A stretch of 64,000 bases of DNA from a virus. The position numbers and the translations under genes are program-made. Each line of letters starts with the position of its first letter. Within the stretch, counting starts at the first letter, position 1. This document shows, one piece after another, positions 35,695 to 46,290 of this stretch. The notes beneath the pieces were generated by a model. That model saw only the letters and a program-made list of their open reading frames with translations. It ran no database searches and was not told the DNA's origin. Location of the stretch: positions 7,444-71,443 of the IMG/VR virus record IMGVR_UViG_3300009545_000020; one strand, 5' to 3'.

Positions 35695-38076
35695 ATGCAA
35701 CTGCATCATTTTGAGGCACCTTTTCCCCTGACAAAGAGCTACGAACGTAATGCCGATTCGACGCTCTCGAAAGAAAGTTATCCACAGGCGTACGAGGTCA
35801 CGAGCCACGCAGACAACGTCTCGAACATCACTGACTTCTATGCCTGCATCAACAAGCACGCAGCCCTCGGTCACTGCATCAGCAAGGGCGAACTGAACCG
35901 CCAGCTGGTCAAAGAATCACGTGCCGGCAGCACCGACCGAACTGCCAAGACCTGGTGGATGTGCCTCGACTTCGACGGACTTCCCACCACATACGAAGAC
36001 CAGCTCGAAGACGGCACACCCGTGAAGCTGAAGGTCACCCCGGACTTGGTTATGCAGCGCCTCGGGCTCGGCGACATCTCCTACGTTCTGCAATGGAGCG
36101 CCTCGTACAACATCGCTGATCCCCTGCTCCGCTTCCACGCCTTCATCATCCTCAGCACCCCTGTACCAGCCACGATCCTGAAGGAATGGCTGAAAGAGCG
36201 AAACCACAACACCAAGCTGCTCAGCGACAACATCACACTGACCAAGACGCACAACGCTCTGCACTGGCCGCTCGACGTCACCACGTGCCAAAACGACAAG
36301 CTGATCTACATCGCGCCGCCGGTCCTCAAGAAGATCCCCAATCCGCTCGGTCGCCAGAAGCGAATTCAGCTGATCATCAAATCCAAGGCTACGTACACGT
36401 TCCCGACCGCCCTGCCCGACATCCAGAAGAACAAGGTCGCCACAGAAGCCAAGATCTCCGAACTTCGCATCGCATCCGGTCTACCGGCCCGCAAGTTCGT
36501 CACGAAAGTTGCCAACGGCGTCGAATACCTCACGAAACCCGGAGCTGCTCACATCACGGAGATGAAGCAAGACCGCGGCTTCACCTACTTCAACCTGAAC
36601 GGCGGCGATTCCTGGGGCTACTACCATCCCGACGACCGGCCCGACTACATCTACAACTTCAAAGACGAACCGATCTACCTGACGAAAGAGCTGCTGCCTG
36701 AATACTGGGCCGATCTCTGCGCCCAAGGCACCAGGAAAGACGCATCAGGTTCCGAGCTATTCGCGTTCATCGACCTGAGCACCTCCGTCTACTACCGCGG
36801 CTCCTACAACCCGCAGACCGATGATCTGATCATCGACGCCGCGAAGAACGATGGCATGGTGCGCAACTTCCAGAAGCTGCACAACCTCCCCGCCGACGGA
36901 CCAATCCCCGAATGGCGGGTGATGTTCGACCCGCACGACAACGCCAGGTTCGACACGGTCAACAAGACCCTGAACCTGTTCCAGCTTACGCAATACATGC
37001 GCGCCACGGTCAAGCGCGTCGCTCGATGCCCTCAGACCATCTTCAAGGTGATCCATCACGCGTTGGGCCTGGACACCGCGATCACCGAGCACTTCATCAA
37101 TTGGCTCGCGTTCATCCTTCAAGAACGCACACGCACACAAACCTCGTGGGTGCTGCACGGCGTCGAAGGAACCGGCAAAGGCATCCTTATGAACCGGATC
37201 ATTCGCCCGATCTTCGGCTTCAGCCAGACCGCCGTGCGCCGCGTCGAACAGCTCAACGAGCTTTACAACGACTACATGGCCCGCAGCCTCGTAGTCTTCG
37301 TCGATGAGATGGAGGCCGATGCTCTCTTGAACGAGAAGGGCGCGATGGCCAAGATCCGCGGCTTCATCACCGAACCAATCGTTCCCGTGCGGCGAATGTT
37401 CGCCATGGCCACGGATGAACCGAACTACGCGAACTTCATCTTTGCAAGCAACAAGGCACGACCTGTCGCGATACCCCCCACGGATAGGCGTACGAACGTG
37501 GCGAAGTACCAGCCTCAGCGGTTACGCTTGTCTAACTTAGATCTACAAGCCGTCGAAGACGAACTGCAAGAGTTCCACGACTACCTGATGAGCTTCACCG
37601 TCGACCACAATGCCGCAGGCACGCCGCTCGAAACCGATGACCGAGCAACGTTGATCTCGATCTCCGAGACCAGCATCGACACGATCACGACCGCGCTGCT
37701 CGAAGGGAACATGGACTACTTCATCGATCTGCTGCCGTCATCCTCGAACCCTTCCTCGATGGCATCGCAGATCAAGATCGACGATTACAAGCACACGCTC
37801 GCCCTACTCCTCGCTCGAACCCACCCGGCTACAGGCTCTTGCAATATCTCTCGCGACGAGTTGCGCGTGCTGTTCGATTACGCGAATGGCGGGATGCCTG
37901 AGTCCCCGAACAAGTTCACGTCTCTGCTCAAACACCATCGGCTTCACATGACCAAGGTCTGGGTCGACAAAACCGTCAACGGGATCACAGTGCTATGGAA
38001 AACGTACAAGACATTCCCGAAGCTGTTGCTGGAGCTGCAACCGAAAAAGCAAGTGTCGACGACCAAAGCGCGTTAG
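35695..38076 (+). CDS. Primase-helicase (prim-pol-like N-terminus plus SF3/DUF5906-like helicase, 793 aa)
   Basis: CLDFD...RFHAF primase motifs; Walker A GVEGTGKG, Walker B VFVDE, FASN, DRR. Confidence 0.85.
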   Translation: MQLHHFEAPFPLTKSYERNADSTLSKESYPQAYEVTSHADNVSNITDFYACINKHAALGHCISKGELNRQLVKESRAGSTDRTAKTWWMCLDFDGLPTTYEDQLEDGTPVKLKVTPDLVMQRLGLGDISYVLQWSASYNIADPLLRFHAFIILSTPVPATILKEWLKERNHNTKLLSDNITLTKTHNALHWPLDVTTCQNDKLIYIAPPVLKKIPNPLGRQKRIQLIIKSKATYTFPTALPDIQKNKVATEAKISELRIASGLPARKFVTKVANGVEYLTKPGAAHITEMKQDRGFTYFNLNGGDSWGYYHPDDRPDYIYNFKDEPIYLTKELLPEYWADLCAQGTRKDASGSELFAFIDLSTSVYYRGSYNPQTDDLIIDAAKNDGMVRNFQKLHNLPADGPIPEWRVMFDPHDNARFDTVNKTLNLFQLTQYMRATVKRVARCPQTIFKVIHHALGLDTAITEHFINWLAFILQERTRTQTSWVLHGVEGTGKGILMNRIIRPIFGFSQTAVRRVEQLNELYNDYMARSLVVFVDEMEADALLNEKGAMAKIRGFITEPIVPVRRMFAMATDEPNYANFIFASNKARPVAIPPTDRRTNVAKYQPQRLRLSNLDLQAVEDELQEFHDYLMSFTVDHNAAGTPLETDDRATLISISETSIDTITTALLEGNMDYFIDLLPSSSNPSSMASQIKIDDYKHTLALLLARTHPATGSCNISRDELRVLFDYANGGMPESPNKFTSLLKHHRLHMTKVWVDKTVNGITVLWKTYKTFPKLLLELQPKKQVSTTKAR

Positions 38077-38309
38077 AGATCAAAGAAAACGAAGAAGGTG
38101 CTCCCCATCGTTCAGGTTCGTTTCTTCGTTGTGTAGTGATCGATCCCAATATCCTTATCAATGATAAAGCGATGGCGGTGATAGAGATCGAGCTGAACAA
38201 GTGGTGGGTAGTTCCAACATTCCAAGCTGACGAAGACACAACCGAAGACATCGGCCCCTTCCCCACACCCGAAGCTGCGTACACCGCGCTCCTCATGCTG
38301 AAGGACTGA
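37995..38309 (+). CDS. Hypothetical protein
   Basis: C-terminal GPFPTPEAAY motif; start uncertain. Confidence 0.45.
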   Translation: MENVQDIPEAVAGAATEKASVDDQSALEIKENEEGAPHRSGSFLRCVVIDPNILINDKAMAVIEIELNKWWVVPTFQADEDTTEDIGPFPTPEAAYTALLMLKD

Positions 38310-38314
38310 ATCGA

Positions 38315-38662
38315 ATGATCGCAATCAATCCGAATCCAATCCTTGATCGACTCATTCTCTTCCTGATCCCCAAGGTTGCTGCACTACCAAACAAAACGTG
38401 GCACGTCAATTCATTAGGACAGATCAAAGATCAGAATAACAAATCTGCACTTGTGGCGCTCTGTCAAACAACGCCTCAGTTCCAAATTGTCATCGACCCG
38501 AAGACGAACTCTTACGAACAAGTAGTCAACATGGTTCGTTTTCTTCTCGCTGATTTCAACGAAGAAGTCGCTGATTCCGATTGCACGGCACTCGCGACCT
38601 ATTTCCCCGAGTACCCAAAAGACCAACATTACCAACAACTCCACGACGCTCTCATCAAGTAG
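38315..38662 (+). CDS. Hypothetical protein (115 aa), low GC
   Basis: AAGGA RBS; fills the gap before the AAA gene. Confidence 0.5.
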   Translation: MIAINPNPILDRLILFLIPKVAALPNKTWHVNSLGQIKDQNNKSALVALCQTTPQFQIVIDPKTNSYEQVVNMVRFLLADFNEEVADSDCTALATYFPEYPKDQHYQQLHDALIK

Positions 38663-38714
38663 TTCCTTTCCTTCGCCCCGTCCTCTAACCTCTAACTACG
38701 ATCTACCAACCAAC

Positions 38715-39713
38715 ATGAAACCCAGTCACATCGCCCCCGCTCTCGTCAAACTCATCGCCAAGCAGCGCCCCACCTTCATCTGGGGGCCGCCCGGCGTCGG
38801 CAAGTCCGACGTGGTGCGTCAGACCGCCGATCACCTCGGCATCGAGCTGCGCGACGTGCGCATGAACCTGCTCGATCCGGTGGACCTGAAGGGCTTCCCG
38901 GTGGCCAACCAGAAGACCAAGCAGATGAGCTGGCTCCCGCCCGACTTCCTGCCCAGCGACCCGGACAGCCAGGGCATCCTGTTCCTCGACGAGATGAACA
39001 GCGCCCCGCCGGCGGTACAGGCGAGCGGCTACAGCCTCGTCCTGGACCGCAAGATCGGCGACTACGAGCTGCCTGCCGGCTGGACGGTCATCGCGGCCGG
39101 CAACCGAGCCTCGGACCGCTCCGTGGTCAACGCCATGCCCGCGGCGCTGGCCAACCGGTTCGTGCACATCAACTTCGAGGTCGATGTCGAGGACTGGTGC
39201 GTCTGGGCGCAGGGCGCGAACCTCAACAGCGATCTCCGGGCCTTCATCCGCTTCCGCAGCAACCTCCTGCACGACATGAAGGTCGCGGCCGGCGGCACGC
39301 TCCTGGCCTTCCCCAGCCCCCGCAGCTGGGCCATGGTGAACGACATCTACCAGGACGGCCACACGCCCGACGTGGAACACGACCTGATCAAGGGCACCGT
39401 AGGCGAAGGCGCCAGCGCCGAGTTCCTGGGCTTCGTCCGCCTGATCAAGGATCTGCCCACCGTCAACGAAGTGCTGCTGAACCCGGAGACCACGCCGATC
39501 CCCAAGGAACCGGCAGCACAGTACGCCATTGCGTGCGCGTTGGACTCGAAGATCAGCAAGGAGAACTTCGGCAAGGTGATGCTGTACCTGTACCGCATGC
39601 CGGTCGAGTTCCAGATCATCTGCATCCGCGCTGCCTCGCGTCGCGACAACTCGCTGACCAAGACCAAGGCGTTCATCGACTGGGGCCAGAAGAACGCGGC
39701 CGTGCTGACCTGA
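38715..39713 (+). CDS. MoxR-like AAA+ ATPase (332 aa)
   Basis: WGPPGVGKS, LFLDEMN, AAGN, ALANRF and PSPRSW motifs. Confidence 0.9.
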   Translation: MKPSHIAPALVKLIAKQRPTFIWGPPGVGKSDVVRQTADHLGIELRDVRMNLLDPVDLKGFPVANQKTKQMSWLPPDFLPSDPDSQGILFLDEMNSAPPAVQASGYSLVLDRKIGDYELPAGWTVIAAGNRASDRSVVNAMPAALANRFVHINFEVDVEDWCVWAQGANLNSDLRAFIRFRSNLLHDMKVAAGGTLLAFPSPRSWAMVNDIYQDGHTPDVEHDLIKGTVGEGASAEFLGFVRLIKDLPTVNEVLLNPETTPIPKEPAAQYAIACALDSKISKENFGKVMLYLYRMPVEFQIICIRAASRRDNSLTKTKAFIDWGQKNAAVLT

Positions 39714-39763
39714 AGCGTTGTCCTTTGCTCTAAGCTCTAACCTAGGCGAACGAAAGATCTACG

Positions 39764-40165
39764 ATGAACATTCAACGACTCAAGTTCGCCTGGGCGCGAG
39801 GAGCGAGGATTCAATACTGGAACCCTCGCTGCTACGGTTGGAAAGAGAGAGCCACATTCGAGGAATCGGGTGACTATCCCTGGACCAATGCCGAAGACAC
39901 GACGAACTGGTTCCACCCGTGGTATGCGCATTGCCCGAAGCGGATTCATCCGGATGACGAACATCTCGCTTATGGGCCTGTCGCGACGGCATTCCGCGAC
40001 ATGGCCCTGTTCACGGACTACACCGACGACTTGCCAGAGATCGTCACATTGTTCGAAGACCTGGCAGGCAGCAACTATCTCCTCGAAGGTTCGAGCACCG
40101 ACAACGTCGTCACCGATTTCACCCGCCTCTTCTTCGCTGAATACCTGGCGGACGAAGGCCTGTGA
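39764..40165 (+). CDS. Hypothetical protein (133 aa)
   Basis: AWARGARIQ...RIHP pattern; coupled to the next ORF. Confidence 0.55.
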   Translation: MNIQRLKFAWARGARIQYWNPRCYGWKERATFEESGDYPWTNAEDTTNWFHPWYAHCPKRIHPDDEHLAYGPVATAFRDMALFTDYTDDLPEIVTLFEDLAGSNYLLEGSSTDNVVTDFTRLFFAEYLADEGL

Positions 40166-40504
40166 AAACAATCCGATACCGCGATTGCCACGTCGCAGAC
40201 AACACCGATCTATATCGCCTGATTGAACAGGGCAAAGTTAAGAAAGCCTTTGAACACTACCAGAAGGTGATGCATGAGTACCACAAACTCCACGGGACGA
40301 CACCTGACTCCGCAGCAGCTCGTGGACGCGGTGAGGAATCGCATCCCCGGACCAGCTTGCACAGCGATGGCAGCAGTGATCGGCCAGGGTGACTGGAACT
40401 GGATCTCGCTCGAAACCGACGTTCTCGAAGGCCGACCAGGCGCATACGAGAAACTGCTTCGCGGATACATGGCATACCTGGAACACCGAATCCTTCGAGG
40501 TTAG
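40162..40504 (+). CDS. Two overlapping small hypothetical ORFs (40162-40392 and 40274-40504)
   Basis: The first has GTGA coupling; the second ends YLEHRILRG, similar to the array tail. Confidence 0.4.
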
Positions 40505-40507
40505 GCC

Positions 40508-40915
40508 ATGGCGACAAAAGCGAAGTGGCAAACCAAGGACGGCCAGCTCCTTAATGTTGCTTTCATGGATTCAGTGCATCTTCTGCACTCGGCGAACATG
40601 GTGATTCGGAACTACGCCAATCAGCCAGTTTACAGAGCCAATTTCGCTGTCTCTTCTTCCGTCTACAAAGAAGCAATAAAGCGCGGATACAAGCCAATCG
40701 ACAAGCAGCCTGGAAGCGCATTTCGGATTACGAATTTCGTATACCGCGAATCTCGCAAACAACTCTGCATGCTTCAAGCATTGCTCGAAGTATCGAGTCA
40801 TAACGCTCAACCTCGTCCCTTTACCCCCGAACAACTCGATGACTATATCGAGCGATCGAAAGATCACCCAGAACTCTTCGCCCGTTATCTCCACTACCTC
40901 ATGACCAAAGGCTGA
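40508..40915 (+). CDS. Hypothetical protein (135 aa)
   Basis: WQTKDGQ...MDSVHL.H..NM motif, common in phage small proteins. Confidence 0.55.
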   Translation: MATKAKWQTKDGQLLNVAFMDSVHLLHSANMVIRNYANQPVYRANFAVSSSVYKEAIKRGYKPIDKQPGSAFRITNFVYRESRKQLCMLQALLEVSSHNAQPRPFTPEQLDDYIERSKDHPELFARYLHYLMTKG

Positions 40916-40920
40916 ATACC

Positions 40921-41760
40921 ATGCTCCAAGCTCGCGCCATGCTCGTCGCTCTGTCCATTTCCCAATGGACTGCTCGCAAACACGACAGGACGGTTTCCGA
41001 CGAAGTCGACCACAACCACGGGGCGAAGGACGCCGGGCGATACAACAAGCTCCTGATCGACAAGGAACATCTCGAACCACTGGCCAAGTTGTCCGGCGAG
41101 ATCCGTACCCACCACTACGCCAAAACGCTCCCGTGGGGCGACAACGGCGAGCGCCTGCTGTCGTCGCAGCTCTTCTTCGATTACACGCGCCAGATGGCGA
41201 CGTACAAGAATCAGTTCGCCGCGCTAGCCGATACCTTTGTCCAAAACTACCCAGCCATGATCCAGACCGCCCGTCAGCGTCTGGGCACGATGTACGAGCC
41301 CAGGGACTATCCGCTCAGCTCGGATATCCGCAACCGATTCTCCATCGCCCTGTCCTTCACGCCGGTCCCGAGCGCCAACGATTTTCGGGTCGACGTGGGC
41401 AACGAGGCGCTCGAAGAGATTAAAGCCTCGATCGAGGCCACGAACAGGCAGCGCGAGCAAGAGGCCATCAAGGACACCTGGCGCCGTGTGCGGGAGGTTA
41501 TCTCGAAGATCCAAGCCCGCACGGCCGACCCGAAGGCCAAGATCTTCGACACCCTGGTCGAGAACGCCGCCGAGCTGGTGGCCACGTTGCCGGGCTTGAA
41601 TATCAACGACGACCCGGAGCTGACGGCGATCCAGAAGGATATCCAGGACCATCTGCTCGTGCGCCCGACGATCCTGCGAAACAACCCCTTCGCTCGCCAG
41701 CGCGTCGCCGACCAGGCGCAATCCATTCTGGACAAATTCTCGTGGGCAACGAGCCAATAA
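40921..41760 (+). CDS. DUF3150-like protein (279 aa)
   Basis: LSISQWTARKHD, TLPWGDNGERLL, LGTMY...DYP and LNINDDP; usual companion of phage MoxR/VWA genes. Confidence 0.7.
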   Translation: MLQARAMLVALSISQWTARKHDRTVSDEVDHNHGAKDAGRYNKLLIDKEHLEPLAKLSGEIRTHHYAKTLPWGDNGERLLSSQLFFDYTRQMATYKNQFAALADTFVQNYPAMIQTARQRLGTMYEPRDYPLSSDIRNRFSIALSFTPVPSANDFRVDVGNEALEEIKASIEATNRQREQEAIKDTWRRVREVISKIQARTADPKAKIFDTLVENAAELVATLPGLNINDDPELTAIQKDIQDHLLVRPTILRNNPFARQRVADQAQSILDKFSWATSQ

Positions 41761-42766
41761 CCTTCGAGTACGACCTGGTACTCGGCGCACTGAGTGAGCT
41801 AATGCTTGAAAACGAGTATTGGTTTAGCAACTACAAGTTATATATCCAATACGACCGCCCTATGCAGGAATGGTGGTTCCGTCGCGCAAAGCTCCAAGCC
41901 GAGAAAGGAGTACCAGCCATGCGAGAACTAGTTGATCGAGTCATCGCACTGAAGATGCAGTCATGACTGCCGAGAAAACTCTCAATCTCTGGCTCGATGT
42001 ATTGCACGGGAGTACATATACGGCACCCACCGCTGATTACGCGTCAACCCAATGGTTCTGGGGCTTAGTAGTAGGGGCAGGCATATTTGAAAAGATCGAA
42101 GAGACCAAGCGCCTTGCAGCTGAAGGCCACCCTATTGCAGCCGAACTAGTCAGCCTCGTGGTCGCGGAGCGTCTGAAATGAATGAAGTCGACTTCTTCAG
42201 GCAAGTGCTTTACCAAGACGGCCTAATAGACGAATTCGATTATCGATGGACAATTGATGTTGCCGACTCCTGGGAACTCCGCCGACATGTCATCGTCAAT
42301 CTCGCGGCCGCAGGCGACGAACGAGCCACTCGAATCCTCAACGCTGTCATCGCAGAGCGGATGAAATGAGCGACGACGCTGAGACTTTCAGGTACACGCT
42401 AATCGCTAGCGAAGTTAGTAACTTGCATTACCAATGGGTTCGCACTCTAGGAGAAACCTGGGAAGCCCGCCGGCAAGCAATACTGAGTCTTGCAGCCATT
42501 GGTGATGAAACAGCAACCTGGATTCTCAACGCTGTCATCGCAGAGCGGATGAGATGAGCATCAGTACAGCCGAACGTGCATTGTGGTGGAAAGTCTGCGA
42601 AGTAAGACGTGACGATTGGTTCTTTGCCGTAGACGATAACAAAGCAATGAACTTCGTCCAACGCATGGACTACCGAATAACCAGAACCAAAGAACTCGCA
42701 GCTCAGGGCGATCCAAAAGCAATCGAACTCCTCAACCGCGTCATCGCAGAAAGAATCCTCACATGA
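41742..42766 (+). CDS. Array A: five coupled small paralogs (41742-41966, 41963-42181, 42178-42369, 42366-42557, 42554-42766)
   Basis: All end in LAAxG(D/H)xxAxxLLxxV(I/V)AER(M/L/I)-like tails; ATGA overlaps. Confidence 0.8.
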
Positions 42767-43887
42767 ACTCTGAAGTCCTCACCAAATTGACCAAGGCGCG
42801 TATCGCTCTGATCTTCGAACAACCTTTCTTCGGTCAGCTCGCCTTGCGCTTGGCGCTGAAGGAGATGAGCCCGGCGCATGAAGCGATGTTCGCCGCTCAC
42901 GGTATGATCCCAACCCTCGCAGTCGACGGTAAGACGATCTACTACTCGCCGAGCTTCATCCAGGGCCTCAGCCACGAACTCACCAAGTCCGCCCTCGCCC
43001 ACGAGATCGGTCATTGCATCTACGACCACACGGGCCGGCGCGGCGCGCGCGAGCCGATGCGCTGGAATTTCGCTGGCGACTACGTCATCAACGACATGCT
43101 CAAGGACGCGAACTTCGAGATCGGCAAGGGCTGGCTCCTCGATGCGCAATACAAGGGCATGTCGAGCGACGAGATCTACAACAGGTTGCCGACGGAAGAA
43201 GATGGACAAAGCCAAGGCGGCGGAGGCTTCGATATCGTCATGGACGCCGAGGCCGGCGAAGCCGAGGTCGAGGCCCTGGAATGGAAGATCGCCGTCAGCC
43301 AGGCCGCCCAGACCGCCAAGGCCGCGGGCAAGCTGCCGGCGAGCCTCGAACGCTTCCTCGAAGAGATGCAGGCGCCGAAGGTCGACTGGCGTGCTCAGCT
43401 CCGCCAGTTCGTCACCCAGCTCTCGAAGAACGACTACACCTGGATGCGGCCGAACCGCCGGTTCCTGAGCGCTGGCTTCTTCATGCCCAGCCTTTTCAGC
43501 GAGAACATGGGCACGATCGCCGTGGCAATCGACACCTCGGGCTCGATCGACGCTAAGACACTCACCGCATTCGGCGCCGAGATCAAGGCGATCAAGGACA
43601 GCGTGAACCCCGAGAAGATCGTCATCATCTACTGCGATGCGCGGGTCAACCACATCGACACGTTCGAGCAGTACGACGAGCTGCACTTTGACATGCACGG
43701 CGGCGGCGGCACCGACTTCCGCCCGCCGTTCGAGTACCTGAAGGAACACGAGATCAACCCGGCGTGCTTCGTGTACCTCACGGACGGCTACGGCCCGTTC
43801 GGCGAGTCGACGACGTTCCCGACGCTGTGGTGCATGACGACGGAAGTGAAAGCGCCGTTCGGCGAGAACATCCGGATCGAGGTGTGA
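42763..43887 (+). CDS. DUF2201-like metallopeptidase plus VWA domain protein (374 aa)
   Basis: HEIGH zincin motif, MIDAS DTSGS, GGGGTDF and YLTDG. Confidence 0.88.
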   Translation: MNSEVLTKLTKARIALIFEQPFFGQLALRLALKEMSPAHEAMFAAHGMIPTLAVDGKTIYYSPSFIQGLSHELTKSALAHEIGHCIYDHTGRRGAREPMRWNFAGDYVINDMLKDANFEIGKGWLLDAQYKGMSSDEIYNRLPTEEDGQSQGGGGFDIVMDAEAGEAEVEALEWKIAVSQAAQTAKAAGKLPASLERFLEEMQAPKVDWRAQLRQFVTQLSKNDYTWMRPNRRFLSAGFFMPSLFSENMGTIAVAIDTSGSIDAKTLTAFGAEIKAIKDSVNPEKIVIIYCDARVNHIDTFEQYDELHFDMHGGGGTDFRPPFEYLKEHEINPACFVYLTDGYGPFGESTTFPTLWCMTTEVKAPFGENIRIEV

Positions 43888-43888
43888 A

Positions 43889-44512
43889 GTGAGCTTCGCT
43901 CGCGAACACTTTGCTGCATACAAAGCGTTGCGGGAAAAGTATTTCCCGTACATGAGCCCGGACTCAGCGCTTTGGCATGTTCGAAACGACATCAACAACG
44001 CAATCATTCGCAAGCTGCTTCCTCCCGAATTCGAGATCCAAGGAATTTATCGAGATGCGAAGTTTGATGTCGAAGATCACACGATCAAAGCTGGTAGCAA
44101 GTCCTTCGACGATCGCGACATTCTCGAAGGATTCGCAATGATCATCGAACCTGGTCGGAATAGCCAAGGTGCAAGCCAACGATGCAGCGAATACCAACTC
44201 CAAAGTGGCAGCTACACCATCCTCAACTATTCGGAAGATACCGCTTACAAGGATCTACGCAAGGAAAAGGTTGGCAAAGCAGACGCACGCCGCCGGGCAA
44301 TAGAGAGTCGTCAAAGAGATGTGGTCTACGTTGAGAACGTTCAACGTGGAAACATTTACGAAGTTGATGTATTTGTTGAATGCGACGACATCGACTTCTG
44401 GGAATGTGAGGTTTTTTCAACCGATAGCGAAGACGAAGCAACCGCTTGGCTCGAAGACACCATAACCAAATGCGCCGCCGAGATCCGAGCAACCGTTGCC
44501 GCCAAGGAATGA
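43889..44512 (+). CDS. Hypothetical protein (207 aa), low GC
   Basis: ORF directly after the VWA gene. Confidence 0.55.
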   Translation: MSFAREHFAAYKALREKYFPYMSPDSALWHVRNDINNAIIRKLLPPEFEIQGIYRDAKFDVEDHTIKAGSKSFDDRDILEGFAMIIEPGRNSQGASQRCSEYQLQSGSYTILNYSEDTAYKDLRKEKVGKADARRRAIESRQRDVVYVENVQRGNIYEVDVFVECDDIDFWECEVFSTDSEDEATAWLEDTITKCAAEIRATVAAKE

Positions 44513-44690
44513 CATGCCCCCCACCCCCAAGTTCATCCTCGTCCCACAGCCCCTTCTGCTGCGTGCCATCCGTGCCCTTCGCTACAAGGCCCAACACGAG
44601 GGAAACGGCTACAAGAACAGCGTGGACTGGGCCGATGCCAATGCGCTGAAGAAGCTGGTCGACGAGGCAAAGGCTTCCCCCGGCGTCTAA
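44496..44690 (+). CDS. Hypothetical protein
   Basis: Small coupled ORF; start uncertain. Confidence 0.45.
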   Translation: MPPRNDMPPTPKFILVPQPLLLRAIRALRYKAQHEGNGYKNSVDWADANALKKLVDEAKASPGV

Positions 44691-44734
44691 GCTCGTAGTA
44701 CGATCTAACCTTCAGCCATTAGAGATCGACCGCC

Positions 44735-45619
44735 ATGCCCATCAATTCCTGGTCTTATAGCTCCCTCGCCGAGTTCGAGAAGTGCGCCTTCCGGGCCTAC
44801 CTGAAGTACGACCAGCGAATCCCCGAGCCCCAGCGCGAGTTGCCCCCAGGCAAGACCGAGCATGCCAACGATCGCGGCACCCGTATCCATACGGCCGCTG
44901 AGATGTTCGTGCAGAGCAAAGGCCCCTTCATCCCTGAGATGAAGAAGTTCGAGGCCGAGTTCATAACCCTGCAGCAGCTCTACAAGCAGGGCAAGGTCTC
45001 ACTCGAAGGCGAATGGGCGGTGACCGACCAGTGGGAGCCCGTAGCTTGGGGAGGGGAATGGAAAGAAGGCTACTTCTTCGGCGAAGAAGCCGACAACGAG
45101 ATCAAGGTCGTCAAAAAGCTGCCGCAATACGGGCGCTTCGGCGATGTCGTCAAGCTCGGCAAGAAGCTCTACGGCTGGATGCCCGCCTGGCACCGATCGA
45201 AGATCGACGCCATGGTGACATACAACGAAGGCACTTCGGCCGTCGTCATCGACTACAAGTCCGGCAAGAAGTTCGGCAACGAGATCAAGCACGGCGAGCA
45301 GGTTCAGCTCTACCAGCTCAACGCCTTCATGCGGTACCCGCATCTCGAAGAGGTCGTCACCGAACTCTGGTACCTCGATGTCGATGACATCACGCGCATG
45401 AAGTTCACGCGGGACCAAGGGCTTCGGTTCAAGCGCTCGTTCGACATACGCGGGAACAAGATGGTCAACGCCACGACCTTCCCGGCCAACCCCAACAAGT
45501 TCAGCTGCCAATACTGCATGTATTCGAACCGCCCCGACGGCGGCACGAGCCAATGCACCGTCGGCGTCGACAAGGCCGGCCGGCGCTGGCCGAGCGGGAT
45601 CGCGGTCGTCGCAGCCTAA
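44735..45619 (+). CDS. PD-(D/E)XK exonuclease (Cas4/RecB-like, 294 aa)
   Basis: WSYSSL..FEKC, RGTRIH, KID...IDYKSGK, QVQLY and CQYC...C. Confidence 0.85.
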   Translation: MPINSWSYSSLAEFEKCAFRAYLKYDQRIPEPQRELPPGKTEHANDRGTRIHTAAEMFVQSKGPFIPEMKKFEAEFITLQQLYKQGKVSLEGEWAVTDQWEPVAWGGEWKEGYFFGEEADNEIKVVKKLPQYGRFGDVVKLGKKLYGWMPAWHRSKIDAMVTYNEGTSAVVIDYKSGKKFGNEIKHGEQVQLYQLNAFMRYPHLEEVVTELWYLDVDDITRMKFTRDQGLRFKRSFDIRGNKMVNATTFPANPNKFSCQYCMYSNRPDGGTSQCTVGVDKAGRRWPSGIAVVAA

Positions 45620-45631
45620 CCCGAGAGAACC

Positions 45632-45928
45632 ATGACACCCTTCACCGACAACCGCGGCAAGAACTGGCTACCAGAGCATTACCGCCTGATCAAAGACCTG
45701 TTCATCGCGGGTACATCTCTGCAGGACATCGCCAGGCGATCCGGCCGCACGCCCGTCGCCGTGGTGTCGAAGCTCAGCGAACTGGGACTGATCACGATCA
45801 AAGGACGTGATTACCACAAGGTTGACCCCGATCCCTGGATGAGCTGGACGATGCTGAAGATCGAGAACGAAGAGTTCGAGGCCAACATCAAGAGCTTCTA
45901 CGCCAAGTCCAAAGAACCGCAGCCATGA
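45632..45928 (+). CDS. Small HTH/Myb-like protein (98 aa)
   Basis: NRGKNW...IARRSGRTPVAVVSKLSELGL. Confidence 0.55.
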   Translation: MTPFTDNRGKNWLPEHYRLIKDLFIAGTSLQDIARRSGRTPVAVVSKLSELGLITIKGRDYHKVDPDPWMSWTMLKIENEEFEANIKSFYAKSKEPQP

Positions 45929-46093
45929 CCGAGACCAAGAAAAAGCGGTTACGAAGCACAACGCGACTTCGTAGAGACGTCAATCGATTGAAGAACAAGT
46001 TCGTGACTTGCAAGATGCTCGGACACGAGAACCTAGCAACACATTGCCTGGACATGCTCAACAGACGGATGTCGCGGCTCGCGAAGGTCGAGC

Positions 46094-46285
46094 ATGGATA
46101 GAGACGAACTCCTCGGGCACATCGCAAGGTGCACAGCCGACCTCGTGAGGATCAAACTCATCGAAGGAGATGAGACCGAAGAATACAAATGGATTCGCTG
46201 GAATCGAACCATATACCAGATGAAACTTAACGAACTTGACCGTCACCCTTCAGTCATCTCTGCCGCCCTCACCTCTAAGCCCTAA
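46094..46285 (+). CDS. Hypothetical protein (63 aa)
   Basis: Small ORF in the plus-strand operon. Confidence 0.45.
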   Translation: MDRDELLGHIARCTADLVRIKLIEGDETEEYKWIRWNRTIYQMKLNELDRHPSVISAALTSKP

Positions 46286-46290
46286 TCAAG

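Noticed and set aside
44735-45619. Cas4 as evidence of CRISPR adaptation
   Set aside because: Stand-alone Cas4-like PD-(D/E)XK nucleases are routine in phage replication modules; no cas1 or cas2 is present.
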